A DNA stretch of 64,000 bases, taken from IMG/VR virus record IMGVR_UViG_3300043399_001092, positions 15,320 to 79,319 of that record; one strand, 5' to 3'. How positions within the stretch are numbered: position 1 is the first letter of the stretch; each line of letters opens with the position of its first letter. The notes beneath the pieces are model-generated. The model saw only the letters and a list, made by a program, of their open reading frames with translations. It was not told the DNA's origin and did not search any database. Positions 30,610 through 41,589 of the stretch are shown here, one piece after another. The translations under genes were made by a program, and so were the position numbers. The DNA is from a virus.

Positions 30610-32073
30610 TTAGAAGAACAGGTTCGTGGACGTACACAGACCGTGCAGCGTAAAGTTGCTGTAGTTGTACGCACTACGCAGCCAATCGCCGAGAATAGTC
30701 TCCGTTTGACCAATCAAAACGTTGTTGACAGTGTCATACGTGTAATCTACAGCACCTGCAGCCAAAGTACCAGCATCAGCCGTCGGGTTAGTAGCAGCAG
30801 CAGGGAACAACATCACCACCGACTTCTCAAAGATCTGATGGCTGTTCATCGGCTCCAGATCATCGAAGTACTTGATTTCCGTGACCGTGTACAGGGCCGA
30901 GTACTCATTGGTGAAGTACAGGGGAACGGTCGGGAAGAAGTCACCGTGCGGTTGGTTCTGTTGCGAGTTCTGGATAGCAGCATTAGCTCTCCAACGCATC
31001 CACAGAAGACGACCAACGTTCAGCGGCTCACGGCTTTCCGAACCTTCTTGGATAACCGGAAGAGCAGCACGGAATCCACCTTCGACACCCAGGATGACGC
31101 GCTCACGCATCGTCGGAATATCGGTGAAAGCAATGGGCAGCGTTTCATCCAACGCACAGACAATGAATCCGTCGATGATGTTGGCGGCAGCAATCGGGTT
31201 GACCGTGTTAATGGGAACAATCTCCGAGGTAGCCGTCAAAGCCGTGTTCGCAATAAGAGCGGAGACGGTTTGAACAAAAGCATAGTCGGCAGTAAACGTC
31301 AAGGACGTACCGTTGACCGTAGCCCACGTAAACGAACCGCCGTTGACAATAGTACCCAAAGGTTGACCAGTGGAAGTACCGGCCAGGTTGATACCAAACA
31401 CCACAAAGTTCTTACGACCGCGCTGACGACCGGGAGCATTGGACCACAGCTTGGAGAACGTTGCCAGTTTACCGGCAACATTGTGAAGCATGTGGCTACG
31501 CGATTGAGTAGCCGTGTAACCCAGAGCCGTGTAGTCGGGAGTTACAAACGAAGCATACTGACGATCATCAAGCACTTGACCATAGTAGGTGTGCTGACGG
31601 CTTCCACGCATCACCACCGAAGCGGCGTAATTGGTGTTGGACGTGGGAGTAGCCACGGAAGTCACCGAAACAGCGTTGTAGGAACCGTAGTTCGGGAAGG
31701 TCGTGGACACACTCCGAATACGATCACCAACAATGGAATCGGACTTTACCACCGGCTGATCACCGAAACCAAAGCGACCGGCAAGAGCCAAGTTAGCAGA
31801 AGCCGGAGTTCCTTGAACGATATAAATCGAAGGAACGCCAGGATAAACATCGTTAGCGGTGTTTTGAAGGTGTTCGTAATAATCACGAACCGTGCTGTCC
31901 GAAGAGGAACAAACGGCGGAAATATAACCGTTTGGCAGATTCAACGCCGTACCCGTTCCAACAAGGTTGTTGTCAGGGAAAGAGGGCGAAGCAACAGGAA
32001 ATGCAGTTTGGGTGTTACCCGCCACAATAAAGCAATCCTTTTGCAGAAAAGTGGTTTTCTTAGTAGTTGGCAT
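30610..32073 (-). CDS. Abundant structural protein (auxiliary capsid protein-like)
   Basis: 487 aa; strong codon bias like the MCP (yields a long antisense shadow ORF); followed by a terminator. Confidence 0.65.
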   Translation of the reverse strand: MPTTKKTTFLQKDCFIVAGNTQTAFPVASPSFPDNNLVGTGTALNLPNGYISAVCSSSDSTVRDYYEHLQNTANDVYPGVPSIYIVQGTPASANLALAGRFGFGDQPVVKSDSIVGDRIRSVSTTFPNYGSYNAVSVTSVATPTSNTNYAASVVMRGSRQHTYYGQVLDDRQYASFVTPDYTALGYTATQSRSHMLHNVAGKLATFSKLWSNAPGRQRGRKNFVVFGINLAGTSTGQPLGTIVNGGSFTWATVNGTSLTFTADYAFVQTVSALIANTALTATSEIVPINTVNPIAAANIIDGFIVCALDETLPIAFTDIPTMRERVILGVEGGFRAALPVIQEGSESREPLNVGRLLWMRWRANAAIQNSQQNQPHGDFFPTVPLYFTNEYSALYTVTEIKYFDDLEPMNSHQIFEKSVVMLFPAAATNPTADAGTLAAGAVDYTYDTVNNVLIGQTETILGDWLRSAYNYSNFTLHGLCTSTNLFF

Positions 32074-32076
32074 AAG

Positions 32077-32814
32077 TTACTGTTTTTGATTGATAGCCAC
32101 TCCTTGTGGCACCAACAAAGTACGATAAAGGTTTTGCACCGTCATATCCACAAGCAGCGAGTGATATTGCTCGGGAAGATCGGAATTTACTTGAGGGTCC
32201 CCGGTTGTGTACAGTCCATCCAACGAATCATATCCGCCAAAATAGACAACAACAGGTTTTTTGATATACTCGATACGAACGGAGTTCACTGCAAACTGTC
32301 CGTCCGTGTACACATACAAAGAGCTTTCTCCAGTACCATTGTTCGTTTTTCCTATGGCACCGATGCACCGTCTCCATTTCAACGACGGTTTTCTCAGCGG
32401 ATCGATAAGTACTACGTTTAAGTCATCGTGTTGTACCAGTTGCAAATTGGTCAAAGACCAACCTGAACAATCCGTGAATACATAAGCTCTCAATATATGG
32501 ACATAATCAAACGCAAGAGAAGAGAACGGAACCTCATAGACGTTGAGCGTCGAATCAAAGTTAATGGGTGCAACATCTGGTTGTTCGGGATTCTTGACCA
32601 CCAAGGTCGAGAGCATATCCGTTCTCTGCTGCGTTACTTCAAATCCAAGATCGTAAGCCATTGACATCTTACCAGAGTAAAAGCCCTCCACGTAGTCCGT
32701 GGTTGCAGCATTTATAGCTCTGTCGATATGCGCCGGAGGTAAGTCCCGCAACACATTAGTATCAAGCTTATTGGCTCGAAACTTTACCTCAAAGTGCATT
32801 TCGTTGATGTTCAC
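32077..32814 (-). CDS. Head-tail ring/adaptor protein
   Basis: N-terminal M...EM..E.K....KLD, GFE..QQRTD.LS.LV and YIKKP motifs typical of crAss-like ring proteins. Confidence 0.7.
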   Translation of the reverse strand: MNINEMHFEVKFRANKLDTNVLRDLPPAHIDRAINAATTDYVEGFYSGKMSMAYDLGFEVTQQRTDMLSTLVVKNPEQPDVAPINFDSTLNVYEVPFSSLAFDYVHILRAYVFTDCSGWSLTNLQLVQHDDLNVVLIDPLRKPSLKWRRCIGAIGKTNNGTGESSLYVYTDGQFAVNSVRIEYIKKPVVVYFGGYDSLDGLYTTGDPQVNSDLPEQYHSLLVDMTVQNLYRTLLVPQGVAINQKQ

Positions 32815-33947
32815 TACGCGATCTCAATTTTTTTGTTGAGGAGTTCTTCTTTGAGTTCTTTCCAAGCGTTGGAAGGTCCATCGGGTTTTTTGGGATTAAA
32901 GGCTTCGTACTCACTGGTCAAGAACGAAATTACATCTTGCTCTTGTCCAAGTTTGTGCCATTGGGGAAGATCGGACTTCGACGGCCACCAGATAAACCCT
33001 TTATCCGCACGGAACACACCGGTGTTCAAAGCTTGTTTGAGTGCATACATAGCTTCAAAACGAGGACGAGGAGCGGCGGTAGTAGCCATTTCAGCGATAC
33101 TGTTGTAGCGACGTATGTTTTCAGACTGCTCTTTCTTGGTAGAATTGATGAACGCTCTTACTGCACCATAGACAGCTTCATTGGAAACTTCTCCGGACAC
33201 CAGAGACGCACCCGTGGTGCGATGGGTAAGAACAACCGCAATCTTGTACAAGTCGCGACCTTTGTTCTTCTTGGCAATACCGGTCAACGATGCAATAGCT
33301 TCATCCACCAACTGTTCTTTGCGGAACTTCTCTTCCAACTCTTCGTTCTCCAGAGCGATATACGCTTTCGACGTACCAGGACGGATTTCGTCTTTCGACC
33401 GAGCTACCAGTTTACTGTTTTCACAAAGCTGAATGGCCAATGCTCCTCTCAGAGAATCATCCTTAAACACGTTCAGTTTTCCAGGATAGATAAACAGCTC
33501 AAAGCTTTCAATGATCGTCGGCTGACGGGTTTTGTAAGCGTTGATCGAATCACGGAGACTTTGGGTCAACAGGTCCGATTTGAGAGATCCGGGCACTTGG
33601 TCAAACTTTACTTCGAGCCACAGTTGCTTAGTAATGGTCTGTCGTTTGCTGATAGAAGCCAACTGTTCATCCGTCCAGTTGTTCTTACCGCTCAAGTAAC
33701 TCTTTCCGTTCTCATTGTACCACGGGTTGCTGATTTCTTCTTCCAGACCAGTGATGTACTTACCCTTGTTGTGGTTAGGGGAAAACTGAAGGACAATAGC
33801 TTGTCCACGGGTATCCCGGATAATGTCAAGAGGGTGACGTACATCGTTTCCGAAAGAGTCCTTGTAGGTCATGGTAAAAGAACCGCGACCTTGGGGATCA
33901 GAAGTCCGAGGAGCAATAGATACGTGAATGGTTTTCGTTGGATTCAT
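32814..33947 (-). CDS. Conserved crAss-like protein downstream of MCP
   Basis: Start moved to ATG 33947 below the hairpin; position. Confidence 0.65.
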   Translation of the reverse strand: MNPTKTIHVSIAPRTSDPQGRGSFTMTYKDSFGNDVRHPLDIIRDTRGQAIVLQFSPNHNKGKYITGLEEEISNPWYNENGKSYLSGKNNWTDEQLASISKRQTITKQLWLEVKFDQVPGSLKSDLLTQSLRDSINAYKTRQPTIIESFELFIYPGKLNVFKDDSLRGALAIQLCENSKLVARSKDEIRPGTSKAYIALENEELEEKFRKEQLVDEAIASLTGIAKKNKGRDLYKIAVVLTHRTTGASLVSGEVSNEAVYGAVRAFINSTKKEQSENIRRYNSIAEMATTAAPRPRFEAMYALKQALNTGVFRADKGFIWWPSKSDLPQWHKLGQEQDVISFLTSEYEAFNPKKPDGPSNAWKELKEELLNKKIEIA

Positions 33948-33978
33948 TTTGGTTTGCGTTTTCTTGCGTTCAAAAATT

Positions 33979-34005
33979 GGAGGGGGCAGATTCACCACCC
34001 CCTCC
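33979..34005 (-). terminator. Hairpin/terminator after MCP
   Basis: ggaggggg...ccccctcc inverted repeat followed on the minus strand by aattttt. Confidence 0.6.
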
Positions 34006-34015
34006 GAGGATTCAA

Positions 34016-35599
34016 TTAGTAGGAGGTATCGGGGACGTATTCAATACGACCAATACGCGAGGTATCCCACACACAAAGCGAACCGGACATTTCACGAACA
34101 ATTTTCGCTTTCTTGTTTTCAGCGTACACGTTGCCGCCGGACTTTTCAGCACCGGTTTCAAAGTCGTACACGTTGGACACCGTGTAGTAGCTCTCCACAC
34201 CGTCCTGCATCACCATGGTGATGTTCTCATCGCGAGTGGAACCCGAAGCCTTCTGGTCCGTCTTACCGAAGTCGAAGATGTCCATGCAGAACGATTCGAT
34301 GGGGTAGTTGGAACCGGGGGCCAGTTGAGGGAAGATGGCTTTGTTGTCCTTGATGGGATCGTACACCAGTTCAACCACGATGCCGTTGGGAGCCAACCAC
34401 TTCGTGAACTGACGACCGACTTCCATCGAGTTGCTGTGGAACTCCGACTTGGTCTTGTTGATCAACATGGTGTCAACCGTCAGCACCGAGCCGTATTCAT
34501 TTTGCAACAGACGAGCCAAGAGAAGAGCACCGGCGGAACCCGTAGCGATACGGATGTGACGATCCGAGAACATCGTACGACCGAAGAAGATCGTGTCGAG
34601 GTACTGGAAGATGCTATCGAGGGACAGCGAACCGTTGTGCATCATGTAGTGACCATCCTGGACAATCTGCCTCCAACCCGGAGCAACCTTCAGCGAGGTT
34701 CCCGTATCGGGGTCAATAGTGTTCTGGGTACGACCAAATTCCATCAGCATTTCACGGTCACGTTCCACCAGGTTCAGAAGACGAGCTTCCGCTTGGGAAA
34801 TAAACACACCCTGTTGGACTTTTTGAGCCGTCTTGGGATTGATGAAGTCCTGGTTGAAGACATAACCCACACCAACGCCGTCATAACCCGTGGGACCGGC
34901 AAACTTACCGGACTTCTTACGAGCAGCAATTTCAGCGCGGATGGTCTTATCGTCCACTTCAAGTTTACGAGCAACGTTACCCACCTGGGAGCGCAGTTTG
35001 AACATTTGCGCATATTGGTCACCACCGGCTTTGTAGTTCAGGTTGTCGCTGACAGCGGTAGCCACATCGAACATCACACGGCCGGGTTGCAGAACGTCCG
35101 GGGAAATGTAATCCAAGGGATCCGAGGTTTGCAGTTCTACTTCGTATTCCCACGACATGTTGCCGAGGGGACGCGAGTGACCAATGATGCGGAGAAGGGG
35201 AGCATTGGCATCTTCCGTCTTCAGAAGGACGGGTTCGTGGTACCACGGTTTGTCCAGAGCAATTTTGAAACGGCTGTTGCCTTTACCCGGCTGAGTGTTT
35301 GTACCCAACAGGTCTTGAGTAATGGTCGCGGGAACATAAGCGTTACCCACCATTTCCCATTCGTACTCATCTTTGCCACCGTCGATCACATACACGTTGC
35401 CTTGGGCAATCGTCATGTACGTGAACTTTTTGTTCACAATTTCGGAGGCGGGGTCGGAGGAGAACAGTTGAGCGGTTTTGACACCGAACTTAAAGGGTTC
35501 GTAGGTCTTGAACATATTTGCATATTGCACATAGTCCCAAGAACTTCCCCCGTACGGGCCGCGGTCAACAGTCACCAAAGCGGTCAATCTGTTAGTCAT
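34016..35599 (-). CDS. Major capsid protein (crAss-like, HK97 fold)
   Basis: 527 aa, strongly biased codons, order terminase-portal-scaffold-MCP; motifs EYEW, E...MEFGR and APGWRQ. Confidence 0.88.
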   Translation of the reverse strand: MTNRLTALVTVDRGPYGGSSWDYVQYANMFKTYEPFKFGVKTAQLFSSDPASEIVNKKFTYMTIAQGNVYVIDGGKDEYEWEMVGNAYVPATITQDLLGTNTQPGKGNSRFKIALDKPWYHEPVLLKTEDANAPLLRIIGHSRPLGNMSWEYEVELQTSDPLDYISPDVLQPGRVMFDVATAVSDNLNYKAGGDQYAQMFKLRSQVGNVARKLEVDDKTIRAEIAARKKSGKFAGPTGYDGVGVGYVFNQDFINPKTAQKVQQGVFISQAEARLLNLVERDREMLMEFGRTQNTIDPDTGTSLKVAPGWRQIVQDGHYMMHNGSLSLDSIFQYLDTIFFGRTMFSDRHIRIATGSAGALLLARLLQNEYGSVLTVDTMLINKTKSEFHSNSMEVGRQFTKWLAPNGIVVELVYDPIKDNKAIFPQLAPGSNYPIESFCMDIFDFGKTDQKASGSTRDENITMVMQDGVESYYTVSNVYDFETGAEKSGGNVYAENKKAKIVREMSGSLCVWDTSRIGRIEYVPDTSY

Positions 35600-35614
35600 A
35601 GTAGATTAAAAGGT

Positions 35615-36610
35615 TTAAACTGGAATAAAATCTTTGAGCAAAGTTTCACCGACAGTACCAGGTCGCTTATCGGTGGTTTTGTTTCTGAATGAGCTTTTGA
35701 CGATATTGTCCTTGAACTGTTGCACCTGTTTAGAAGCCGCTTGTTTAGAGTATGCTTCAATATCAAATGCCCCGTTTTTATAGTACGATAAGAAGTCCGC
35801 AAATTGAGCAACCGCTTTAGGACTACTGCTAACCTTGGCCATGATGTCTTTTGTCTGTGCCAAAGTTTGTTTTACCGCAGTAATACGAGTGGGTGCCCAA
35901 CCGCTTTCTTGAAACTCTTTTTCGAGGTGCTGCATAAAAATTGCTCTCTTCTGTTCCACCTCGTTATATTGTTTTTCCTGTTCTTCCAACAGTTCTCGTT
36001 GACGAAGTTGTTTGCGTTCTTCCAATTCACGTTTGGCTTCCGCCATCAGTTCATCGTCCAGTTCGAGTTCATCGAGTTGTGCTTTGATAGCCGCTTTGCG
36101 CATACCCTTTTCCAAGTAAATCTTTTCAAGGTAATCCCGCGCATCCTCTTCATCCCGAATGGTATCGCTCTTAGAATCTTCTTTGAACGCATCCACAAAC
36201 TTTTGCAGTTTATCCACCGCAATCTCACCTTCGTTGTCATCCAGTTCGTTGTACACTAACTGCAACAACATCCGGTATTTCTCCGGGGCTTGGTCAATAA
36301 AAGCCGTAGCTACTTCTGCCGTACGGTTTTTCTCCCGTTCCTCCAGTGCCGTTTGAATAGACTCGAAAGTACCATCAAAGTTTTCATCGTCAATTACACC
36401 CAGACGCTTGAAAGTTTCAAAAGCAGCTTGAGCATCCGGCTCAAATTCAGCTTCCTCTTGTTGAACAGGTACATTTACCAGTTCATCTTCTTTCTCCTCC
36501 GCCGGTTGCGACGGTTCTTGTACAGGTTGTTCCTCTTTCGGTTCTACCAGCGAATTGTCCAGTGCCGAATCCTCTGGAACAAAGTCTTCCAAGTTGAAAT
36601 TAATCTCCAT
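35615..36610 (-). CDS. Capsid scaffolding protein
   Basis: Highly acidic helical 331 aa between portal and MCP. Confidence 0.7.
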   Translation of the reverse strand: MEINFNLEDFVPEDSALDNSLVEPKEEQPVQEPSQPAEEKEDELVNVPVQQEEAEFEPDAQAAFETFKRLGVIDDENFDGTFESIQTALEEREKNRTAEVATAFIDQAPEKYRMLLQLVYNELDDNEGEIAVDKLQKFVDAFKEDSKSDTIRDEEDARDYLEKIYLEKGMRKAAIKAQLDELELDDELMAEAKRELEERKQLRQRELLEEQEKQYNEVEQKRAIFMQHLEKEFQESGWAPTRITAVKQTLAQTKDIMAKVSSSPKAVAQFADFLSYYKNGAFDIEAYSKQAASKQVQQFKDNIVKSSFRNKTTDKRPGTVGETLLKDFIPV

Positions 36611-36638
36611 TTTCGTTGGTTTCGTTTAGTAATGAATG

Positions 36639-36646
36639 CAAAATTA
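36639..36646 (-). promoter_or_regulatory. Bacteroidota -7 element (TAATTTTG) upstream of scaffold/MCP
   Basis: TAnnTTTG 28 nt upstream of the scaffold ATG; inverted repeat gtgttttgcg/cgcaaaacac at 36662-36717 just upstream. Confidence 0.55.
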
Positions 36647-36731
36647 AGCTATCTATTAACCGTGTTTTGCGCAAATACAGCTTGTTATATGGCTTTTTGT
36701 GTAGTTACGCAAAACACAGCAATTTTGACTT

Positions 36732-39308
36732 TTACTTTTTCTTATCCTTGTTCAACATTTTGTGAATCTTCTCTCTTTCGATTTCGAGTTTTTTATCCAC
36801 CTGATCAAGTTTGCGTTTGTCGTTCTCCATTTGCTGGTAAATCTTCAACGCTTCTAGTTGATCGGGAACTCCGTCCTTGTCCATGTTCAAATCCTGTTGG
36901 AACTTGTACGTATCCAACACCTTGATTTCCATTTCCCGGTCTTTACGCAGTTGCTCCTGGATGATAATCTTATCGATTTCATGCTTCTGTTGATCCTCCC
37001 TGGATTCAATCTGCATCTGAACCATTTTCTCTTGGGATTCCATTTGAGCCTTCTGCATTTCTTCTTGACGCTTCTGTTGCTTCTCTTCCAAAAGCAACAG
37101 CTTACGATGGATTACATCCGGGCTTTCTCCCTCGGTAATCATCTTGATCAACTCACTAACCATAGAAGCCCCTTGTCCGGCGTTTTGCGCAATGGAAAAC
37201 ACCGACTGCACCATCATCTGCCGGTACTCCTGTTCAGAAGAACCTGTCTTCACGTACAGACCAATACCTTCATGGTCAAGGTTTTCGGGAGTAACCTCAA
37301 AGAGTTCCACCGTTCCATCAGGAAGAACATACGACAGCCACTGGTCTTGGGACATATCCTCGTTCATCTTCTGCCGGTAGTAGTACCTAAAGTTGTTCAA
37401 GAACGAATTGAGAACATGGGTCCACACTTCTTCGTGTTGATCGTAGAAGTATTCGGTAATAGCATAAGAAGCGGCCAGGTTTCTCTCGTTGTCTGTTGCC
37501 GTCAACTGAGAATTGGCTTGTGCTTCACGCTGGGGAGAAATACCCATAGCCAACGAAATCTCGGTGTTTACATAGTCCAACAACCGTTTGAGTGCAAACA
37601 GTTGATCGGCACTACCCAAGAAGTAACCATTGCTACCCGGTGAACGGGTGGACGGAGGAAGCGCACCAAAAGAGTTCTGAGAACCAGAGTAGAAGTTGTA
37701 ACCTTCTTTCTTAAGATACGTAAGCCACACCGAGAACTTATCCCGGATCTGGTTTCCTTCCATGTCCTGACCAAGACCGTCGGGAATCTGATCAACGTCA
37801 ATATCTTGAACAAATCCTTTGTACTTAGCCAATTCCTTGTTGATGACGTGGTTGATGTAGAAAGCCTGGAACTGGTAAGGAATAGCTCTCTCAACAAGAG
37901 AAACGCTTTCGGAGTTACGGTCACTAAACACCCGGCCTTTGTAAGACAGTTCAAACTTTCCGTAAGGATCGTTTACATCCACCGTTTGATTGGGAACCTC
38001 TCTACAGTTGACGTACACGTCACCCATCAAACGAGTAAGCTCATACTTCCAAGGAATCCACAGACGCTCCAAGACAAACGCCGTTTCTCCTTCCATCCAT
38101 TCCCAAACCTCAATCTCTTCACCGTGCTTAATAGCCGTAGACTTGGTAGCATCTTTGGGAACCTTGAAGTCCTCCGACAACACCTCGGTAATAGTCTTAC
38201 CGTACTCATCAATGTAGTTAAGGAAACAGACCTCTCGGAAAGCCTTAAACTCAATGTGGGTACACCAGATCAACGAACGATACCGGTCGCGGATGGTACC
38301 TGCTTGGGTCATGTGCGTACCTACAAACTTGGAAGCATTAGCTTCCCCTGGCCAATTTTCCCGGTACAACAGCTCATCCCAGTCGCTTCTAACGGGAACC
38401 GCGTTACCTCCACGAACATCAAACCGAGGGTCAGCAATAGTCGGTCCATTGGCATAAAGACCAAGACGCTGCATTTCCTCATCCGTCAGTTTATCACCGT
38501 ACTCCGTGATTACATCCACAGCGGTAATGGACCGGGTCGTGTAAACATAGTCACCCTTCTGGATCCACTTCTGGTTAGGGCTTTTGTGGAAACCGGTGAA
38601 CAAAGGGTTGCAAACTTCAATAACCGGTTTATCGCCTCTCCAACCTACGTAGATGATACACCGGTCGGCAATAACGATGTCATCCATCGTTTCCACTTTT
38701 TTGTCTTTGATCTCCATCGTCAACTCCGCCCACTTGAGTACCCGTTCATAGAAACGTTCCCACTCCGTACGGAAATTGGTGATGCCAAAACCCTCCGGTA
38801 AGTTCTGAGCCAAGAACTCCTGTTTAGCTTGTTCCTGTTGCTCCGGCGGCATTTTAGCTATATCCATCATTTGTGCCATCTGTTGCAACACTTTCTCCTG
38901 TACGTGTTTCTTGTACTCCTCCGTTTTAGACTTGATGTCATCGCTGCTAATGGGAACCACATGATGTCGCGGACGACGTTTGATAGCTCCATCCCGGAAG
39001 ATGTTGACCTTGTTGTGGATCATGTTGAAGGGAAGTATCTCCTCTTCAATAGCCACTGCATCCAGTTCACCAAGGGGATCACAGAAGCGTTTGAACTCTT
39101 CCTTGAATCCGTTGATGTTGTTGTTCACCAGGTCATAGCACCGCTTCAGTTTTTCGTACTCACGAATGATAAACGTCAGCGTAGGTACGGTATATCGAAC
39201 ATACCGTTTAAACCACTCCGCGTTATTATCGTATTTCTCTTTTTCCGAAACCTTTAGGCTTAATGCTGTAACCGGACGGGTGTCCGTGTTGTTTGAAAAT
39301 CCTACCAT
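36732..39308 (-). CDS. Portal protein
   Basis: 858 aa downstream of TerL; SLVER..PYQ and GISPQRE motifs and C-terminal D.DKDGVPD as in crAss-like portals. Confidence 0.88.
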   Translation of the reverse strand: MVGFSNNTDTRPVTALSLKVSEKEKYDNNAEWFKRYVRYTVPTLTFIIREYEKLKRCYDLVNNNINGFKEEFKRFCDPLGELDAVAIEEEILPFNMIHNKVNIFRDGAIKRRPRHHVVPISSDDIKSKTEEYKKHVQEKVLQQMAQMMDIAKMPPEQQEQAKQEFLAQNLPEGFGITNFRTEWERFYERVLKWAELTMEIKDKKVETMDDIVIADRCIIYVGWRGDKPVIEVCNPLFTGFHKSPNQKWIQKGDYVYTTRSITAVDVITEYGDKLTDEEMQRLGLYANGPTIADPRFDVRGGNAVPVRSDWDELLYRENWPGEANASKFVGTHMTQAGTIRDRYRSLIWCTHIEFKAFREVCFLNYIDEYGKTITEVLSEDFKVPKDATKSTAIKHGEEIEVWEWMEGETAFVLERLWIPWKYELTRLMGDVYVNCREVPNQTVDVNDPYGKFELSYKGRVFSDRNSESVSLVERAIPYQFQAFYINHVINKELAKYKGFVQDIDVDQIPDGLGQDMEGNQIRDKFSVWLTYLKKEGYNFYSGSQNSFGALPPSTRSPGSNGYFLGSADQLFALKRLLDYVNTEISLAMGISPQREAQANSQLTATDNERNLAASYAITEYFYDQHEEVWTHVLNSFLNNFRYYYRQKMNEDMSQDQWLSYVLPDGTVELFEVTPENLDHEGIGLYVKTGSSEQEYRQMMVQSVFSIAQNAGQGASMVSELIKMITEGESPDVIHRKLLLLEEKQQKRQEEMQKAQMESQEKMVQMQIESREDQQKHEIDKIIIQEQLRKDREMEIKVLDTYKFQQDLNMDKDGVPDQLEALKIYQQMENDKRKLDQVDKKLEIEREKIHKMLNKDKKK

Positions 39309-41589
39309 TGTTGGATAAAAAAGTTAAAGGGTTTTTTTTGTTTGCATCTTTCTCTATGATTACCTCTTGCTCTTTAAGAGCCAACGGCAATCCCATTAGT
39401 GCTGACACCCCGTCGTAGTTTTCGTCGTCGTTGATGTCAAACATAGCTATCTGCCTTACCGTGTACAAACACGGAAGCCGCTCAATATTCCTCTTTTTTC
39501 CGTCCGGCAACTCTGTTTCATCCAGTAACCAGTCGTTCAAGTATTGCACCAAATTCAACTTGGCTGTTTTGTTGCCCACCAAATACCCATGCTCTGAAGT
39601 CTTGGCTTCGTAAATCCTGGATCCCTTAATAGTCATCGGCCTCACCGACAACACATATTGCTTGTTCTTCTTGATAAACCAGTGCCTTACGTTTTCACCA
39701 CGGTTTGCTTCGTACCACAATCCACCCATAGGGTTTCCATAGTACTGCACCAGTTTCTCCAAGTTCTCGTTGTACTTATCCAAAGTCTCCGGCTTACCGA
39801 TATACGTAGCCATCAGCATATTCCCAGGATGCCCCTCCGGTAAGTACTTGGGATTGGCAAATACATAGGTTGCTCCCAATGATTCACCGCCCAAATTGGA
39901 TACATAGGGGTCATGTACAATAAAGTACAGGTCTTTCTTCTTCGGGTCAAAGAACTCCGGTTCGTTATAGATAACTACACAACCTTCACGTTTGTCCAGT
40001 TTATCGCTACCATCTACAAAGGGAGAGGTGATCGGTGTAAGCGTAAAGTCCGGGTTAGCTACAACACCACGGGGTGCATTGGGATCCCACACCAGTCTTA
40101 CCGTTTTACCCAAGTCCCTCCAGACATTCCGCTTCAACAACTCTTTCTCCCGTGCCCTTGCTTCTTCCCTCGGCAAGAAATTACCACCAGAGGTAATCCA
40201 CATGTGACTAATTAGCAACGGTGAGTGCATACAAGCTGCCCTATATCCCACAGGGTTGTCCTTCAGCTTATCCAATTTATCCCAAGCGTTCTTCTTTGCA
40301 GCTTCCAAGTCAGTGTTGCCGTTCTTATCCTTGAACGCCATGTCAATCATATAAGCCGGTAAGAACAACCCCGTGCGTCCCATTTGTCCCGTGTTCTCCA
40401 GTACATCCGGGTATGACACCAAGTCGTAGTCCATTGGATGTAAGAAAATCTGCTTGGCACCTTCTACCTTTTCAATATCACCAGACGTACCAAGACCTAC
40501 CAGTGTACCGGTTTTCCTTGCACCACGCTTAACCGTAAATTCGTTGGACGACCAAGCCACCGGTGCTTCTTCCAACAAACCAATTTCTTCGATGATGTTG
40601 TAGTTGTAACGACCAGAAGCAGCGGCTTCAGCATCGTCTTTGTAGTTTACGTGTTTGGCAAAAGACCCGGAACCAATATTTACGTCAATACCGTTGGAAC
40701 CTTTGACCAGCACCTGTTCCCTCCACGGGGATTTAGCGTTGTTCGGTTTTGTTTCCCCGGCCATGTTGCGGAAAAACGGACATGGTTCATAGTCATCCTC
40801 ACCCACTTTGCCCCATACCCCTAACTCCGGGTTGATAGCAAACTGTCGCATTTGTTCTTCCATGTACTTAAAGAACTGCGAAGACTTACCGGTGTTTGAT
40901 GCACCAATACAAATACCGGCTTCTTCTTGGTTCTGGTTGCGTTTCTTAGCCAAGTACTCATCATAGTTGGTTTCACCACAAAACAGTATCTCATGTAACG
41001 CAAAAGCAGACACCGTATAAGTCTTACCGGATGAACGCGCACCGAACAACATCGCGTTCTTAGGGGGATTCAAGTACAGCGGCCTACCGTAGTTCTTATC
41101 ATGTAGCCTCTTACAGTACTCCAAAGGATCCTCCCAACGCTTTAGCTCACCGTTGAGCTTAATACATGAAGTATGCAACTTGTCTTTGGGAAACTCCCCT
41201 TTCCAGGCTTTCTGTAACTCAAGGCTGCAGTTGGTTTCATCGTCATCAGCAAACCCGGAAAACCCTTTTGCCACCAAAAACATGTACGCTATCTCCCAGT
41301 CAACGTCACGAAGCATAGGTTTAGCTTTGGTAGAAACTTTCTCCCCGTCATCCCGGACCATTATCCAGAAGTTGATGTAGAAAAACAGCTTTGGCGGCAT
41401 AAACCTCCACAACCCAAAGTCGTTGTTCCAGAATCCCTCGATGCACCACCGGGAGTACTGCTGCCACAGATTGATGTACTTAGGTGACGATGGATGGATA
41501 CGGGGAATCTCTGGTACTTTCCAGTTGTCCGCGTTCTCGATCCGCGTCCACATCCGCTTCTCAGCATCCAATACAGTCCACTTTTCCAT
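39226..41589 (-). CDS. terL: Terminase large subunit
   Basis: Walker A-like GARSSGKT, Walker B IIEEIG, coupling motif GTSG, RNase H-like HDPY and YDGVSA. Confidence 0.92.
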   Translation of the reverse strand: MEKWTVLDAEKRMWTRIENADNWKVPEIPRIHPSSPKYINLWQQYSRWCIEGFWNNDFGLWRFMPPKLFFYINFWIMVRDDGEKVSTKAKPMLRDVDWEIAYMFLVAKGFSGFADDDETNCSLELQKAWKGEFPKDKLHTSCIKLNGELKRWEDPLEYCKRLHDKNYGRPLYLNPPKNAMLFGARSSGKTYTVSAFALHEILFCGETNYDEYLAKKRNQNQEEAGICIGASNTGKSSQFFKYMEEQMRQFAINPELGVWGKVGEDDYEPCPFFRNMAGETKPNNAKSPWREQVLVKGSNGIDVNIGSGSFAKHVNYKDDAEAAASGRYNYNIIEEIGLLEEAPVAWSSNEFTVKRGARKTGTLVGLGTSGDIEKVEGAKQIFLHPMDYDLVSYPDVLENTGQMGRTGLFLPAYMIDMAFKDKNGNTDLEAAKKNAWDKLDKLKDNPVGYRAACMHSPLLISHMWITSGGNFLPREEARAREKELLKRNVWRDLGKTVRLVWDPNAPRGVVANPDFTLTPITSPFVDGSDKLDKREGCVVIYNEPEFFDPKKKDLYFIVHDPYVSNLGGESLGATYVFANPKYLPEGHPGNMLMATYIGKPETLDKYNENLEKLVQYYGNPMGGLWYEANRGENVRHWFIKKNKQYVLSVRPMTIKGSRIYEAKTSEHGYLVGNKTAKLNLVQYLNDWLLDETELPDGKKRNIERLPCLYTVRQIAMFDINDDENYDGVSALMGLPLALKEQEVIIEKDANKKNPLTFLSNNGRIFKQHGHPSGYSIKPKGFGKREIR

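Noticed and set aside
30643-32421. 592-aa + strand ORF
   Set aside because: Antisense shadow of a strongly codon-biased structural gene; no protein-like motifs
33938-35692. 584-aa + strand ORF
   Set aside because: Antisense shadow of the major capsid gene; the same applies to the other + strand ORFs in 1-45 kb
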